DNA of 60,000 bases from an uncultured Candidatus Saccharibacteria bacterium (GCA_947253995.1 CAMYBM010000001.1:1-60000); one strand, 5' to 3'. Counted from the stretch's first letter, positions 36,924-46,746 are shown. Made by a program: numbers and translations. Notes: generated by a model from the letters alone, not told the origin.

Positions 36924-37265
36924 ATGCGCAGACAGCTAGCTTTAGCTTTACCAGATGTATTTAGTGGCCCTTATCGCGGTAAGGGCCAGCCAGCTAACTT
37001 GTTCAACGGGGTTAACGCAGTCATACCCCGTTTAATCAATATTGCGCTGTTCGTTGTTGGCATTACGGCTATTTTTATGATGATTTACGGCGGTGTGCGC
37101 TATGTTTTATCGCACGGGAACCGTGACAACGTAAAAGAAGCAAAGAACACAATCATCTATGCTATTGTTGGCCTAGTGGTTGCCATCATGGGTTATGCCT
37201 TAATCAACTGGATTTTTCAGACAATCGGTGATAATTCGGGTTTAGGTGGCGGTCAAGCGCGTTAA
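36924..37265 (+). CDS. VirB2/TrbC-like T4SS pilin 7
   Basis: GKGQPANLF (shared with pilin 6), MIYGGVRYVLSHGNRDNVKEAKNTIIYAIVGLVV. Confidence 0.8.
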   Translation: MRRQLALALPDVFSGPYRGKGQPANLFNGVNAVIPRLINIALFVVGITAIFMMIYGGVRYVLSHGNRDNVKEAKNTIIYAIVGLVVAIMGYALINWIFQTIGDNSGLGGGQAR

Positions 37266-37280
37266 TTTTAGATAATTTTA

Positions 37281-37313
37281 TAAAAATACGGGGTTAAATA
37301 CCCCGTATTTTTT
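37281..37313. terminator. Bidirectional intrinsic terminator between the pilin array and tRNA-Ser
   Basis: AAAAATACGGGG-TTAAATA-CCCCGTATTTTTT. Confidence 0.85.
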
Positions 37314-37326
37314 GGTATAACTAATC

Positions 37327-37418
37327 TGGCGGAGGGATGGGGATTCGAACCCCAGATAGACGTTACCGCCCATACACGCTTTCCAAGCGTGCTCCTTCAA
37401 CCGCTCGGACACCCCTCC
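37327..37418 (-). tRNA. tRNA-Ser(GGA)
   Basis: GGAGGGG acceptor, anticodon arm CACGC-TTGGAAA-GCGTG, long variable arm, GGTTCGAATCC, encoded CCA. Confidence 0.95.
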
Positions 37419-37432
37419 GTGCTTCTATTTTA

Positions 37433-38206
37433 TCATAGATTAAGGGCAATAATTCCACGCAAGGCGTAAGCTGTATCTTGCCATTTGTGCACAGTAACCG
37501 TAGCGACGCCCATCTGTACTACTGGGTAATCGTTCCCTCCCGGTTGGGTCATATCACCAAAGTACAGGATGTCCGTTTTCGGGATTTGTAATAGTTCAAT
37601 TAGTTTAGTCATGCCAAACACTTTATTCATGCCGGGTACAAAGACATTGATACTAGTGGTTCCTGCAACTTCGTAGTCGTAGCTCGGAGCCAGCTCCTTG
37701 GCACGTTTAGCAATGGCATTGCGTTTACTATGATCGGCATCCCAGGCGTATTTTTCGACCGATCCGGCCGCCTGCCCTAAAGCACTAAACGTTACTTGAC
37801 TACCACGGTCTTCGATGATTTCACCTGCAGGATGATCGCACCAGTAACCGAGTTCTTGGGCTGCCTGTCTTAAGGCTTGTGTGATTGCGGCAATTTGCTC
37901 GTTAGTTAAGGGGTAATTGTAAACTTGCCGCCAGCTAGAAGTTTCGGTTGGCTTGCCTGATTGATAAGTGTAGTATTGTGTTCCCTGGGTTACCATTAAG
38001 TGCAGGTTGGCTAAGCGGTTAGGATTTAATTGGTCTGCCATCGGCAGAATAATTTGACGCATAAATTGATCGAGTTTTTGCCCAGATATGATACATACGG
38101 GATAAAAGTCTAATAGTTGTGCCATAATACCAGCCATCTCCGGGGTCATAGGGGTTTTGGCCACATTTAAAGTGTCGTCAATATCGAAAGCGAGTAGTTT
38201 CTTCAT
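37433..38206 (-). CDS. HAD-IIB family hydrolase, phosphomannomutase (PMM)-like
   Basis: LLAFDIDDTL, IISG, IEDRGSQVTFSALGQ, AGTTSI, NK..G, FGD...GGND. Confidence 0.85.
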   Translation of the reverse strand: MKKLLAFDIDDTLNVAKTPMTPEMAGIMAQLLDFYPVCIISGQKLDQFMRQIILPMADQLNPNRLANLHLMVTQGTQYYTYQSGKPTETSSWRQVYNYPLTNEQIAAITQALRQAAQELGYWCDHPAGEIIEDRGSQVTFSALGQAAGSVEKYAWDADHSKRNAIAKRAKELAPSYDYEVAGTTSINVFVPGMNKVFGMTKLIELLQIPKTDILYFGDMTQPGGNDYPVVQMGVATVTVHKWQDTAYALRGIIALNL

Positions 38207-38246
38207 GAAATTATTATACTAAACTTTGTCGATTTTTTGCTAATGG

Positions 38247-40016
38247 TTACCAGATGGATCTGAGACCACCAAAGTCATTGCTAGCGTTGCTCTGTTTGAG
38301 TAGACTAAGCTGCTTGCGTAACGTGGTTAGTTTAAGATTAATATCGCTTGCTAGATCAGGGCGTTCAACAAACGTATTGGCAAAGTCAGCTTGGAGTTGA
38401 TCGATTTGCTGTTGAATTTTGAGTGAAAATAGAGTGGTGATGTTTGCTAGGAGCAGCTCGCGCCGCTTTGTTGCATGGTCTAGCTCTTTCTCGGCTGTCA
38501 ATTCAAGTTTAGCAATTTCATCTGCTGGTATTTGATTAACATCGTCAGCAAGTAAGGCGGCACGTATTTTGTTGTTGCTAGCGCTAAGATAGTCATCGGG
38601 TATTTTGGCTAGAATCGAACGCAGCGTTCGGTCGCGCCAAGCAGTCGCTAGGATAACATCGGTGCAATAATCTAGATTGCGGGGTGTTACTGTTGGTAAG
38701 GTAGTTTTACTTTGACGTTTTACGGTTAGGCTAGAGTCATCAATCAAGCCGTCAAGCTTTTCGCGCAGACTTGATACACTGGTGTTAGTTAGTTCGGCAA
38801 TACGTTTGAGGTAGAATTCACGTTCAACTGGATCAAAAAGATGATTTACTACGGACAGTGATTTACTGGTAATAATTTTTTTACCTTCAGCGGTATTGAG
38901 GTCGTAAATTGCAGAATAACGCGCAATTACCCACTCAACTGCCGGGACGGATTGTTGAGCTAGCTTGCGCCAAGCGTTTGGATCGCGCTGAATTAATTCA
39001 TCGGGGTCTTTGACTTTGGCGGTGGCGTAATCGATTACGCTAAGTTGTAAATTTAAGTTGCCAGCTAGCGCAATTGCTCGTTCGGTTGCTTTTATACCAG
39101 CGCGATCAGCGTCAAAGCAGAAGCGAATATCATTTGTTAGTCGCCCTAGGGCTTTAAGATGCCAAGTAGTTAACGCAGTTCCTGCTACGGCGACAATATT
39201 TTCTACGCCAGATTGCGATGAAGTCATAACGTCCATATTACCTTCGACAACAATGACAAAATTTTGTTGGCGAATGGCATCCTTGGCGAAGTTTAAGCCG
39301 AACAATAACTGGGATTTATTATAGGCTGCGGTAGCGGGTGTGTTTAGGTACTTTGGTTGGTTATCCGACAGAATGCGACCGGTAAAGCCTACAACTTGCC
39401 CCTGTCCATCACGTAGCGGTATCATAAGGCGATTGCCGCCATGATAAGGATCGCGCCCGTTAAAGGTGTAGTCGGCAAAAATATTGAGTCCAGCATGCTT
39501 AATATCATCTTTGGTGTAACCATGATTCTGGAGTAATTGATGTAGCTGGTGCCTTGATGGAGCATAGCCGACACCCCATTTAACAATAGTGTTGGGTGAT
39601 AGCTTGCGTTGCTTGCGGGCATAGGTTAAAGCGGTGGGGTTATTAACTAGTTGACGCTGGAAGTAATTCATCGCTAGGGTGTTCATCTTAATTTGTTGAG
39701 ATTTCAGCTTGCCAGATTGACGGCCTGTTCGGTATTGATCAAGATCAACGCCGGCTTGACGAGCTAAAATTTCCATAGCTTCCGGGAAACTAACTCCTTC
39801 GGCTAGCATAATAAAACTAAAGATATCGCCGCCCTGGTTAGAAGAAAAATCATGCCATATATTACGTTCTGGAGTTACAAAAAATGAGGGGGTGCGCTCG
39901 TGGGTAAACGGACTTAACCCCTTAAAATAGCGTCCGGCACGCTTTAATTGGACATATTGGCCGATAACGTCTTCAATGGCTAACTTCGCTCTGATCTCTT
40001 CTTTGGCATCATCCAC
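38247..40016 (-). CDS. dnaG: DNA primase
   Basis: ERTPSF, GGDIF, RLMIPLRD..G.VVGFTGR, PKYLNTP, VEGNMDV, CFDADRAG, KDPDE. Confidence 0.96.
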   Translation of the reverse strand: MDDAKEEIRAKLAIEDVIGQYVQLKRAGRYFKGLSPFTHERTPSFFVTPERNIWHDFSSNQGGDIFSFIMLAEGVSFPEAMEILARQAGVDLDQYRTGRQSGKLKSQQIKMNTLAMNYFQRQLVNNPTALTYARKQRKLSPNTIVKWGVGYAPSRHQLHQLLQNHGYTKDDIKHAGLNIFADYTFNGRDPYHGGNRLMIPLRDGQGQVVGFTGRILSDNQPKYLNTPATAAYNKSQLLFGLNFAKDAIRQQNFVIVVEGNMDVMTSSQSGVENIVAVAGTALTTWHLKALGRLTNDIRFCFDADRAGIKATERAIALAGNLNLQLSVIDYATAKVKDPDELIQRDPNAWRKLAQQSVPAVEWVIARYSAIYDLNTAEGKKIITSKSLSVVNHLFDPVEREFYLKRIAELTNTSVSSLREKLDGLIDDSSLTVKRQSKTTLPTVTPRNLDYCTDVILATAWRDRTLRSILAKIPDDYLSASNNKIRAALLADDVNQIPADEIAKLELTAEKELDHATKRRELLLANITTLFSLKIQQQIDQLQADFANTFVERPDLASDINLKLTTLRKQLSLLKQSNASNDFGGLRSIW

Positions 40017-40164
40017 TGCCCTTATTATATAATACTTTACTGTTTAGCGTTATTGTTAGAAGCGTTCGTTGGTAAATTAATAGCAGAATTCACTAGGATA
40101 ACCGTATAGATCAAAATCGGCACCGTAATTGTTAAGTTAATGCTGTTTATGCTAATATATAGTT

Positions 40165-41403
40165 ATGCAGAATAGTAGCCAACACGGTTATACCAAAAAT
40201 AGCGTTGCGCCTGGTTCGACGAGACCACTTGCACCCCAGCCGGCAGCTAGCCAGCCAACGGCGGCTTCACAACCAGCAGGCTATGCTTCCTATGGTTCTG
40301 TTTATAATGCCCCTAAGTACAATGATCCTAATAGCCCGATGTCTAAAGTACCAATGGCATTGGATGACTCGCTTGTCAATGATTCAATTTATAGCAAGAA
40401 GCAACTGGTTGAGGATTTCGGGCGAGCTACCCGAACGCATATTATTCCACAGCAGAACAATAAGCTTTTACAGGGTGCTAGTAACAGCACAATTATCTCT
40501 AGTGATTATTATGCTACAGGGCAAAAACATATTTTAACTCCACCAAAGTCGCCGTTTGATAGTCCGGATACTTTTCAATTAAATCAGACCCCGCCGTTGC
40601 CAGAAATCAACACTCCAGCACCAGCCGAACCTGCCGTTGCGGCTAGCCAGCCAACGCCTAGTCAAGCGCCCGCCCCAGACGCTGCACTCCAATCACCTAA
40701 GCCGTTACCGCAGCCAGCTTACGGTAGTGTTGACTACCTTAATTCTATTGCACCGAATAATATCCCAGATAAGAAACCGATTAATAGCCGCCTGTTTGTT
40801 TTTGGCGGAATTGGTGCCGTTGTCGTTATTGTTGCTATTGCTGTAATGGCGGCGCTTAGCAACAAGCCAAATAGCGCCCTAGCCGGGATTAATACAATGC
40901 ATACAACTGCTTCAAATATTCAAGGCATTATTAAGTTTGCTCGCAAAAACCGTAGTATTTTAACGCGGGAGGAGAATGATGAGATTAGCGAGCTGATGCT
41001 AACGGTTAGCAGCGAAGAAAATACTTTAGCTGGTGCGATTGGCATGGGTGCTAATGCCAAGGGCAAATATAAGCGCGCTAAGTTTGACCCTAAATTTAAA
41101 TCGGAGCTAGAGAGTGCTTTAGCTAAAGGCACCGCCGCCGACGAGATGCCTAGTCTGTTAAAACAGCAATTAGATAAGCTTATCAGCACAGCTAAGAACA
41201 CAGTCAATCATCTTAAGACTAAAAAGCAGAAGGACGCCGTCAACGAAGCAATTAATAACCTAAGTACTGTTGCTAAACGGTTGAATGATAGCATTCAAGC
41301 TAAGCATACCGATGATACCAAGAATAGCGCGGCTAAGGCTGTGACTGAGCGCAAAGCCGCCGCTGCTGTCAATCAAGATCAAGATAGTAGCGAGTCCGAT
41401 TAA
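40165..41403 (+). CDS. Hypothetical single-pass membrane protein, Pro/Ser-rich disordered N-terminus and helical C-terminus
   Basis: Long ORF, central TM (LFVFGGIGAVVVIVAIAVMAAL), DYLNSIAP motif. Confidence 0.75.
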   Translation: MQNSSQHGYTKNSVAPGSTRPLAPQPAASQPTAASQPAGYASYGSVYNAPKYNDPNSPMSKVPMALDDSLVNDSIYSKKQLVEDFGRATRTHIIPQQNNKLLQGASNSTIISSDYYATGQKHILTPPKSPFDSPDTFQLNQTPPLPEINTPAPAEPAVAASQPTPSQAPAPDAALQSPKPLPQPAYGSVDYLNSIAPNNIPDKKPINSRLFVFGGIGAVVVIVAIAVMAALSNKPNSALAGINTMHTTASNIQGIIKFARKNRSILTREENDEISELMLTVSSEENTLAGAIGMGANAKGKYKRAKFDPKFKSELESALAKGTAADEMPSLLKQQLDKLISTAKNTVNHLKTKKQKDAVNEAINNLSTVAKRLNDSIQAKHTDDTKNSAAKAVTERKAAAAVNQDQDSSESD

Positions 41404-41714
41404 TTTTTGGCTTGTTCGTAAGCGTGTCTAATCTGGTCAATTATTTCAGCATCGTTTAGCTGTCCAGTTAGAATAAAGGTTGACCAGTTTTTGCTGAGAT
41501 TTTTACCGGGAAGTACGGATTCATAACGTTCTTGCAAAAATCGGCCGAGATTGTAGTCGCAGCGTAGACTAATAATTAGTGGCTTGGAATGATGTTTGAT
41601 AATAGCAAACATCTTATTGTCAACATTGTAGACGAGTTGGTCGGCAGTTGATGTTTTCGACTTCACTACCCCATCTAATGCTAAGATGTGTTGGATGACT
41701 GCAGCTTCGTCCAT
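41400..41714 (-). CDS. MmcQ/YjbR-family protein
   Basis: VYNVDNKMFAI, ISLRCD..L...LQERYESVLPG...KNW. Start moved to ATG 41714 (TGATG overlap with orn). Confidence 0.82.
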   Translation of the reverse strand: MDEAAVIQHILALDGVVKSKTSTADQLVYNVDNKMFAIIKHHSKPLIISLRCDYNLGRFLQERYESVLPGKNLSKNWSTFILTGQLNDAEIIDQIRHAYEQAKN

Positions 41715-42250
41715 CAGAAAGTTACTTTCTTTAGATAATGCTGTAACTCGGCAATAGATTCTTCGATATCGTCTAGTGCGCGGTGGCATTCTTTTTTAGC
41801 GAATTTAATATTATGATGCTCAAAGATAATTTTCCAACTACTGACGTCGAGCAAGCGATAGTTTAGTAGTTGATCAACTTGCGGCCATGTTTTTGTGATA
41901 AATTTACGATCTTGGTGTACTGAATTACCAGCAAGGTAAATCGGTTGCGAAGTGTCAAAATTAGTTGCGATAAATTTGACTAGTTCTTGCTCCACCAACG
42001 ATGCTGGCTTGGCTTGCACACTGGTACTATTCTGAATGAGGTGATCATGCGAGGCGGTATGGTCTTGCCAGAATGGCGTTGCCATGCGTTGGAGCATAAA
42101 GTTACGGTCGGCGCGAACTGACGCACTATAACGCGCAACTTCGACTAGATCTGAGGTAGTGGCAATTGCCGCTACCTCAATGATTTGATCAACCTGGGGG
42201 TCGAGGCCAGTCATCTCTAAATCGACCCACAGAAGGTTTGCTTTAGCCAT
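41714..42250 (-). CDS. orn: Oligoribonuclease (DEDDh)
   Basis: LLWVDLEMTGLD, IIEVA, LAGNSVHQDRKF, YRLLDVSS, HRALDDIEESIAEL. Confidence 0.95.
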   Translation of the reverse strand: MAKANLLWVDLEMTGLDPQVDQIIEVAAIATTSDLVEVARYSASVRADRNFMLQRMATPFWQDHTASHDHLIQNSTSVQAKPASLVEQELVKFIATNFDTSQPIYLAGNSVHQDRKFITKTWPQVDQLLNYRLLDVSSWKIIFEHHNIKFAKKECHRALDDIEESIAELQHYLKKVTF

Positions 42251-42253
42251 CGA

Positions 42254-43957
42254 TTACATCCTGCTAGGCACTTCGATGCCGAGAATATTAAGCGCGTGCT
42301 TAAACGTGGCTGAGACAATAGCTAAGAGCTGCAAGCGAGCTTGCTTTACCCCCTCTGGTACGTCAGCCGTAGCAATAGCTGTTTGCTCGTAGTAGCGGTT
42401 CATAGTTTTTGCTAGTTCGTAGGCATAGGTTGCGATGCGATGCGGCTCAAGATTATTGGCGCTAACGCGAACAACATTTGGGTAATCAAGCAATTTAAGA
42501 ATGACATTGCGTTCGCTCTCGTAGTCGTAGGCTGTATCAACTTTAGCTGTATCTAGCTGGTTATCCGCTAAGATTTTATTAATTCGTACTGCGGCATATT
42601 GGATGTATGGCCCAGAGAACCCAGTGAGGTTAAACATGGTTTTCCAGTTGAATAGCATACCAGTACGACGGTCAGCTGAAAAATCGGAGAATTTGATTGC
42701 ACCTACGGCAATTTTCTTAATGTCATCGTCGCTTAGATCGGCAGTTTTAGCGTTGGCGCGCGCTCGCTTTTCAGCTTCATTGAGCAAGTCTTCTAGTAGC
42801 ACCACGCCTTTGCGGGATGACATTTTCTCGCGCGTACCGTCCTCGTTAATTTGATCGATCAGGCCATACCACATGTGAATTAGTTCGGTTTTGAGACCAA
42901 TTTTCTTGGCCAAGGCAAATAGCTGCTCAAAATAGAATTTTTGTTCTGAGGCAACGCAGTAGATTGCGCGGTCGATTTTGAAGGTATGGTCACGGTAAAG
43001 TAAAGTAGCTAAGTCAGTAGTGGCGTAAAGAGCGGCCCCGTTCGATTTAAGAATAAGAATTGGCGTTTTAATGCCGTACTCATCAAGCTTAACGATAATT
43101 GACCCATCAGGGTTTTGGATGGCTATACCGCGATTGAGCAGGTCATGCGCCGCTGCCTTGCCCTTCTCGGCAAAGAATTTTTCGCCAAGCTCATAGTCGG
43201 TTGAAATGCCAAGGCGCGCCATAATTTTATGGATGTGATCAAGTGAAATTTTATTAAAGCGTTCTGAGTAGGCAATAGCTTCAGGATCACCGGCTTCAAG
43301 CTTTAGTAGCCAGTTTTGAGCCTCATCAGCTAGGTCGCTTTTACCAGCTGTCGCTTCATCCTTGAGGTAAGCTTTGGTTTTGATATAGATATCGCCCAGC
43401 TCGTAGATCCCGCGTTCGGCTAGCTTTTGATCGTTGCTGAATTTTTTGAATCCAACTACCCAAATACCAAACGGTGAGCCATAGTCGCCAAGATGATTAT
43501 CGGTAATTACGCGCCAACCAGTAGCTAACATTAAGTTGCGTGCTGCCCAACCTTGGTTAGCTGAGCGCAAGTGTCCGACTGAAAATGGTTTTGCCATATT
43601 GGTTGAAGGATATTCAACCAATACAAGCTTATTGTTACCATCGTGATTGTTGCCGTAAGGTAGATCCGTATTAGTAGCGGACAACAAGTCCTCGGCTAGC
43701 TGTTTAGCTTTGATATGTAAGTTAATAAAACCAGCACCAGCAACGGTTACGGCACTGAAGTCACCCGTGTTACGTAAGTTTTCGGCTAGCTGTTCGGCAA
43801 TTTGGCGCGGTGGCAAGTGGAGCACCTTTGCTAGTTGCATAGCAACATTAGTGGCGTAATCGCCGAATTGCGGTTCTGGCCGAGTCAGCTCGACGCTGGT
43901 ATCGACCCCCCACTGCTGTTTGATGGCAGCGGTAATGACTTCACTATACTTCTCCAT
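42254..43957 (-). CDS. argS: Arginine--tRNA ligase
   Basis: FGDYATNVAM, GAGFIN, VEYPSTNMAKPFSVGHLRS, KMSSRKG, GPYIQYA. Confidence 0.96.
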   Translation of the reverse strand: MEKYSEVITAAIKQQWGVDTSVELTRPEPQFGDYATNVAMQLAKVLHLPPRQIAEQLAENLRNTGDFSAVTVAGAGFINLHIKAKQLAEDLLSATNTDLPYGNNHDGNNKLVLVEYPSTNMAKPFSVGHLRSANQGWAARNLMLATGWRVITDNHLGDYGSPFGIWVVGFKKFSNDQKLAERGIYELGDIYIKTKAYLKDEATAGKSDLADEAQNWLLKLEAGDPEAIAYSERFNKISLDHIHKIMARLGISTDYELGEKFFAEKGKAAAHDLLNRGIAIQNPDGSIIVKLDEYGIKTPILILKSNGAALYATTDLATLLYRDHTFKIDRAIYCVASEQKFYFEQLFALAKKIGLKTELIHMWYGLIDQINEDGTREKMSSRKGVVLLEDLLNEAEKRARANAKTADLSDDDIKKIAVGAIKFSDFSADRRTGMLFNWKTMFNLTGFSGPYIQYAAVRINKILADNQLDTAKVDTAYDYESERNVILKLLDYPNVVRVSANNLEPHRIATYAYELAKTMNRYYEQTAIATADVPEGVKQARLQLLAIVSATFKHALNILGIEVPSRM

Positions 43958-43985
43958 TAACCCATATTATAGCAGATAAACTAAA

Positions 43986-44009
43986 AGTCCGCTCTAGCTA
44001 GAGCGGACT
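43986..44009. terminator. Hairpin downstream of the 44025-44351 gene
   Basis: AGTCCGCTCTAG-CTAGAGCGGACT palindrome, followed by TTT on the - strand. Confidence 0.7.
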
Positions 44010-44024
44010 GCGATTCCATCTCGC

Positions 44025-44351
44025 CTATAAATTACCCATTATGTTCTGGAGTGTTTGTTTTGCGGTAGTTTCTTCGGGTGTCAATTCTTTCTTGTCGCGG
44101 TACTTAGCGTTGTGGTCGGCATATTTGAACTCGGCGGCACGCTCGTTGATCGCGCGTTGTAGTTGCTTGCTAGTATCGGCGTGAGCTAAATGATGCTCTT
44201 TGGTGTACTTTAGTGGCTTAACATCGTCTAGCTTCGTTAACTCATGTGTCATGGCAACAGCCAAAACACCGGTTGTATTGCTTAACGCATCATAGCGGTG
44301 TTGTGCTTCAGCAGCTTCTCGCGTATAGTTGTGGTTAAATTTCTCGTTCAT
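44025..44351 (-). CDS. Hypothetical protein (orphan)
   Basis: ATG 44351 behind SD GAAAGGA; TTGACA-17-TAATAT promoter upstream; terminator downstream. Confidence 0.65.
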   Translation of the reverse strand: MNEKFNHNYTREAAEAQHRYDALSNTTGVLAVAMTHELTKLDDVKPLKYTKEHHLAHADTSKQLQRAINERAAEFKYADHNAKYRDKKELTPEETTAKQTLQNIMGNL

Positions 44352-44445
44352 TTTTATTTGTTCCTTTCTATCTTCTTGAACAATTTTAATATTAGCATAA
44401 ACAATTATAATTGTCAATAGTAAAGGAACAAATTTGACATTTTGT

Positions 44446-46029
44446 CTATTTTAGAAGAGAACGCACAAAGGCAACGAACAATGGATGTGGCCGAGTTGGA
44501 CGCGATCTCAGCTCAGGATGGGCTTGCGTAGCAATAAAGAATTGTTCTTGTTTGGCCTCAACGAATTCAACAAGTTTGTGGTCAGGTGAAGTGCCGCTCA
44601 CAATCAATCCGCCACGCTCGATAGCGTCACGATACGCGAGGTTGACTTCGTAGCGATGGCGGTGTCGCTCAACAACTTGATCCGCTTGATAAATTTGCGC
44701 TACTTTGCTGTGCGGTTGGAGTATAGCGGGATAATTCCCCAGCCGCATTGTTCCGCCAGTAGACTCTTTGCCAGATTGGCCTGACATGAGATAAATAACG
44801 GGATGCTTGGCCTTAGGTTGTAATTCACTACTAGTAGCATCAGTAATACCGCCACGCCGTGCGGCTGCAATTACCGCGACCTGGAGTCCAAGACAAAGAC
44901 CAAGATAAGGCTTTTTATGTTCAAGAGCATAACTTGCAGCTAGGATTTTACCATCAACACCGCGCGAGCCAAAGCCACCGGGGACAATGATTCCATCCAT
45001 TGCTTGCAAGTCTTGGCATGTGACCTTTTCGGCATTGAGCCACTGCAAGTTTAGTTGCACTCCAACTTGGAAGCAGGCAGCCTTAAGGGCTTCAGTTACG
45101 GATATATAGGTGTCTTGGTTGTCAATATATTTAGCAACCAAGCCAACCGTAACGGTTTTGGCGTATTGCGCACTGCTTCGCTTGGCTAATTCTTGCCATT
45201 TAGTCATATTTGGCGCCTGTTTGTTGTGCGTGAATTTATCCAAAAACGGCATGACGCCAGATTTTAGGATATTTAGTGGTACCTCATAGACGGATTTGAT
45301 ATCTGGTAGAATAATAACAGCAGCGGGATCGATGCCGCTAAAGCGGGCGATTTTTTCGCTAACACTGGACGGACATTGACGATCAACCCGAGCGAATACT
45401 AGGTCGGGTACGATGCCAAAGCCACGCAAATCGCGTAAGGCATTTTGCGCTGGTTTTGTTTTAAACTCTTTACTGGTGTTTAGCCATGGGACATATACTA
45501 CAGAGGCGTAGAGACAATTTTTTCGTCCAACAAGGTTGGCAAATGAGCGGATGGCTTCGATAAAAGCTAACCCCTCATAATCCCCTACTGTTCCACCTAG
45601 TTCAACTACGTGGACGTCGCTACCTTTACCGGCGCGCAGAATTGCTTGCTGGATGAGACCGGTAACGTGCGGTACCATTTGTACAGTCCTGCCGCCGAAT
45701 GCACCGGCGCGTTCCTTGGTAATTAATTCTTGGTAAATTTGGCCAGATAGCGTGATTGAGTTGCGTGTCATTTCTTCGTCGAGAAATCGTTCATAGTGGC
45801 CGAGGTCAAGATCAGTCTCCGCGCCATCTTTCGTGACATAACATTCACCGTGCTCGCGGGGATTTAAAAGACCCGCATCGACATTGAGATACGGATCGCA
45901 TTTTTGCATTGAAACTGACAGGCCTTTGCTCTTGAGGATGGTGGCAATGCTAGCTGCTGTTATGCCTTTGCCAACGCCCGAAATTACGCCGCCAGTAACA
46001 AAGATATACTTTGTGTTTTTCTTACTCAT
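44446..46029 (-). CDS. pyrG: CTP synthase
   Basis: KYIFVTGGVISGVGKG, KCDPYLNVD, ETDLDLGHYERF, GLCLG, ERHRHRYE, QAHPE. Confidence 0.97.
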   Translation of the reverse strand: MSKKNTKYIFVTGGVISGVGKGITAASIATILKSKGLSVSMQKCDPYLNVDAGLLNPREHGECYVTKDGAETDLDLGHYERFLDEEMTRNSITLSGQIYQELITKERAGAFGGRTVQMVPHVTGLIQQAILRAGKGSDVHVVELGGTVGDYEGLAFIEAIRSFANLVGRKNCLYASVVYVPWLNTSKEFKTKPAQNALRDLRGFGIVPDLVFARVDRQCPSSVSEKIARFSGIDPAAVIILPDIKSVYEVPLNILKSGVMPFLDKFTHNKQAPNMTKWQELAKRSSAQYAKTVTVGLVAKYIDNQDTYISVTEALKAACFQVGVQLNLQWLNAEKVTCQDLQAMDGIIVPGGFGSRGVDGKILAASYALEHKKPYLGLCLGLQVAVIAAARRGGITDATSSELQPKAKHPVIYLMSGQSGKESTGGTMRLGNYPAILQPHSKVAQIYQADQVVERHRHRYEVNLAYRDAIERGGLIVSGTSPDHKLVEFVEAKQEQFFIATQAHPELRSRPTRPHPLFVAFVRSLLK

Positions 46030-46109
46030 AATACCTCCTACTATTAGTATTATAACACAGCTACCTTGTATATAGTGTAGTAAAAATGCTACAGTACCCT
46101 AAATAAATA

Positions 46110-46134
46110 GGGGACACTAAATTAAAGTGTCCCC
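46110..46134. terminator. Hairpin downstream of hsp20
   Basis: GGGGACACT-AAATTAA-AGTGTCCCC. Confidence 0.65.
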
Positions 46135-46157
46135 GAAGATTGATCAAAGTAAGTGGC

Positions 46158-46652
46158 TTAGTTAATTGGAATGCGCCGTGCTTGCTCTTGCTTGACTTTT
46201 TCGAAGCTGACAGTTAGTACACCTTCCTTCAATGAAGCCGAAACCTCGTCTTCCTTAACGGCAATTGGTAGTACTAAAGTGCGACTAAATTCGCCCCAGT
46301 AGCACTCTTGCATGTGCCAGCAAACAGCTTGGTCGTCGTCGCCGCTACTGAGAGTTCCGCTGATAGTCAAAACGCCATCGGCGATGCTGACGTCAAGATC
46401 ATGGCGGTCAACACCCGCAGTGCGAGCCTTAATGACCAGCTTATCCTCGGTCTCATAAACATCTACGGCTAGTTGACCAGGTATAACATCATAGTCGGTA
46501 TTCTCGGCTGGTGTCTTAGTGTTGTTCTCAGGTGTTTCTGACTGCAATTGGTTCGACGTTGTTGTGTTAGGTTCATCGTCATCGAATAATGCGTTGGTCA
46601 GATCATTGTTAATACTGTCCATCAACAAGTCGTCATCTTGTTTTCTTGACAT
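46158..46652 (-). CDS. Hsp20/alpha-crystallin small heat-shock protein
   Basis: GQLAVDVYET, AGV, LTISG, ECYWGEFSRTLVLP, A.LKEGVLTV; SD AAGGAGG. Confidence 0.92.
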   Translation of the reverse strand: MSRKQDDDLLMDSINNDLTNALFDDDEPNTTTSNQLQSETPENNTKTPAENTDYDVIPGQLAVDVYETEDKLVIKARTAGVDRHDLDVSIADGVLTISGTLSSGDDDQAVCWHMQECYWGEFSRTLVLPIAVKEDEVSASLKEGVLTVSFEKVKQEQARRIPIN

Positions 46653-46746
46653 TGTAAACTCCTCCTTAATTAACCTCTTTAAGATTATATGTAATAATTA
46701 TAACTAATAAAAAGTATTACCGCAATATAATATGTAGGATTTTATC

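Noticed and set aside
11019..37418. ICE or prophage integrated at tRNA-Ser(GGA)
   Set aside because: No integrase or relaxase, no duplicated tRNA 3' end found on the other side, and essential genes (groESL) lie inside.
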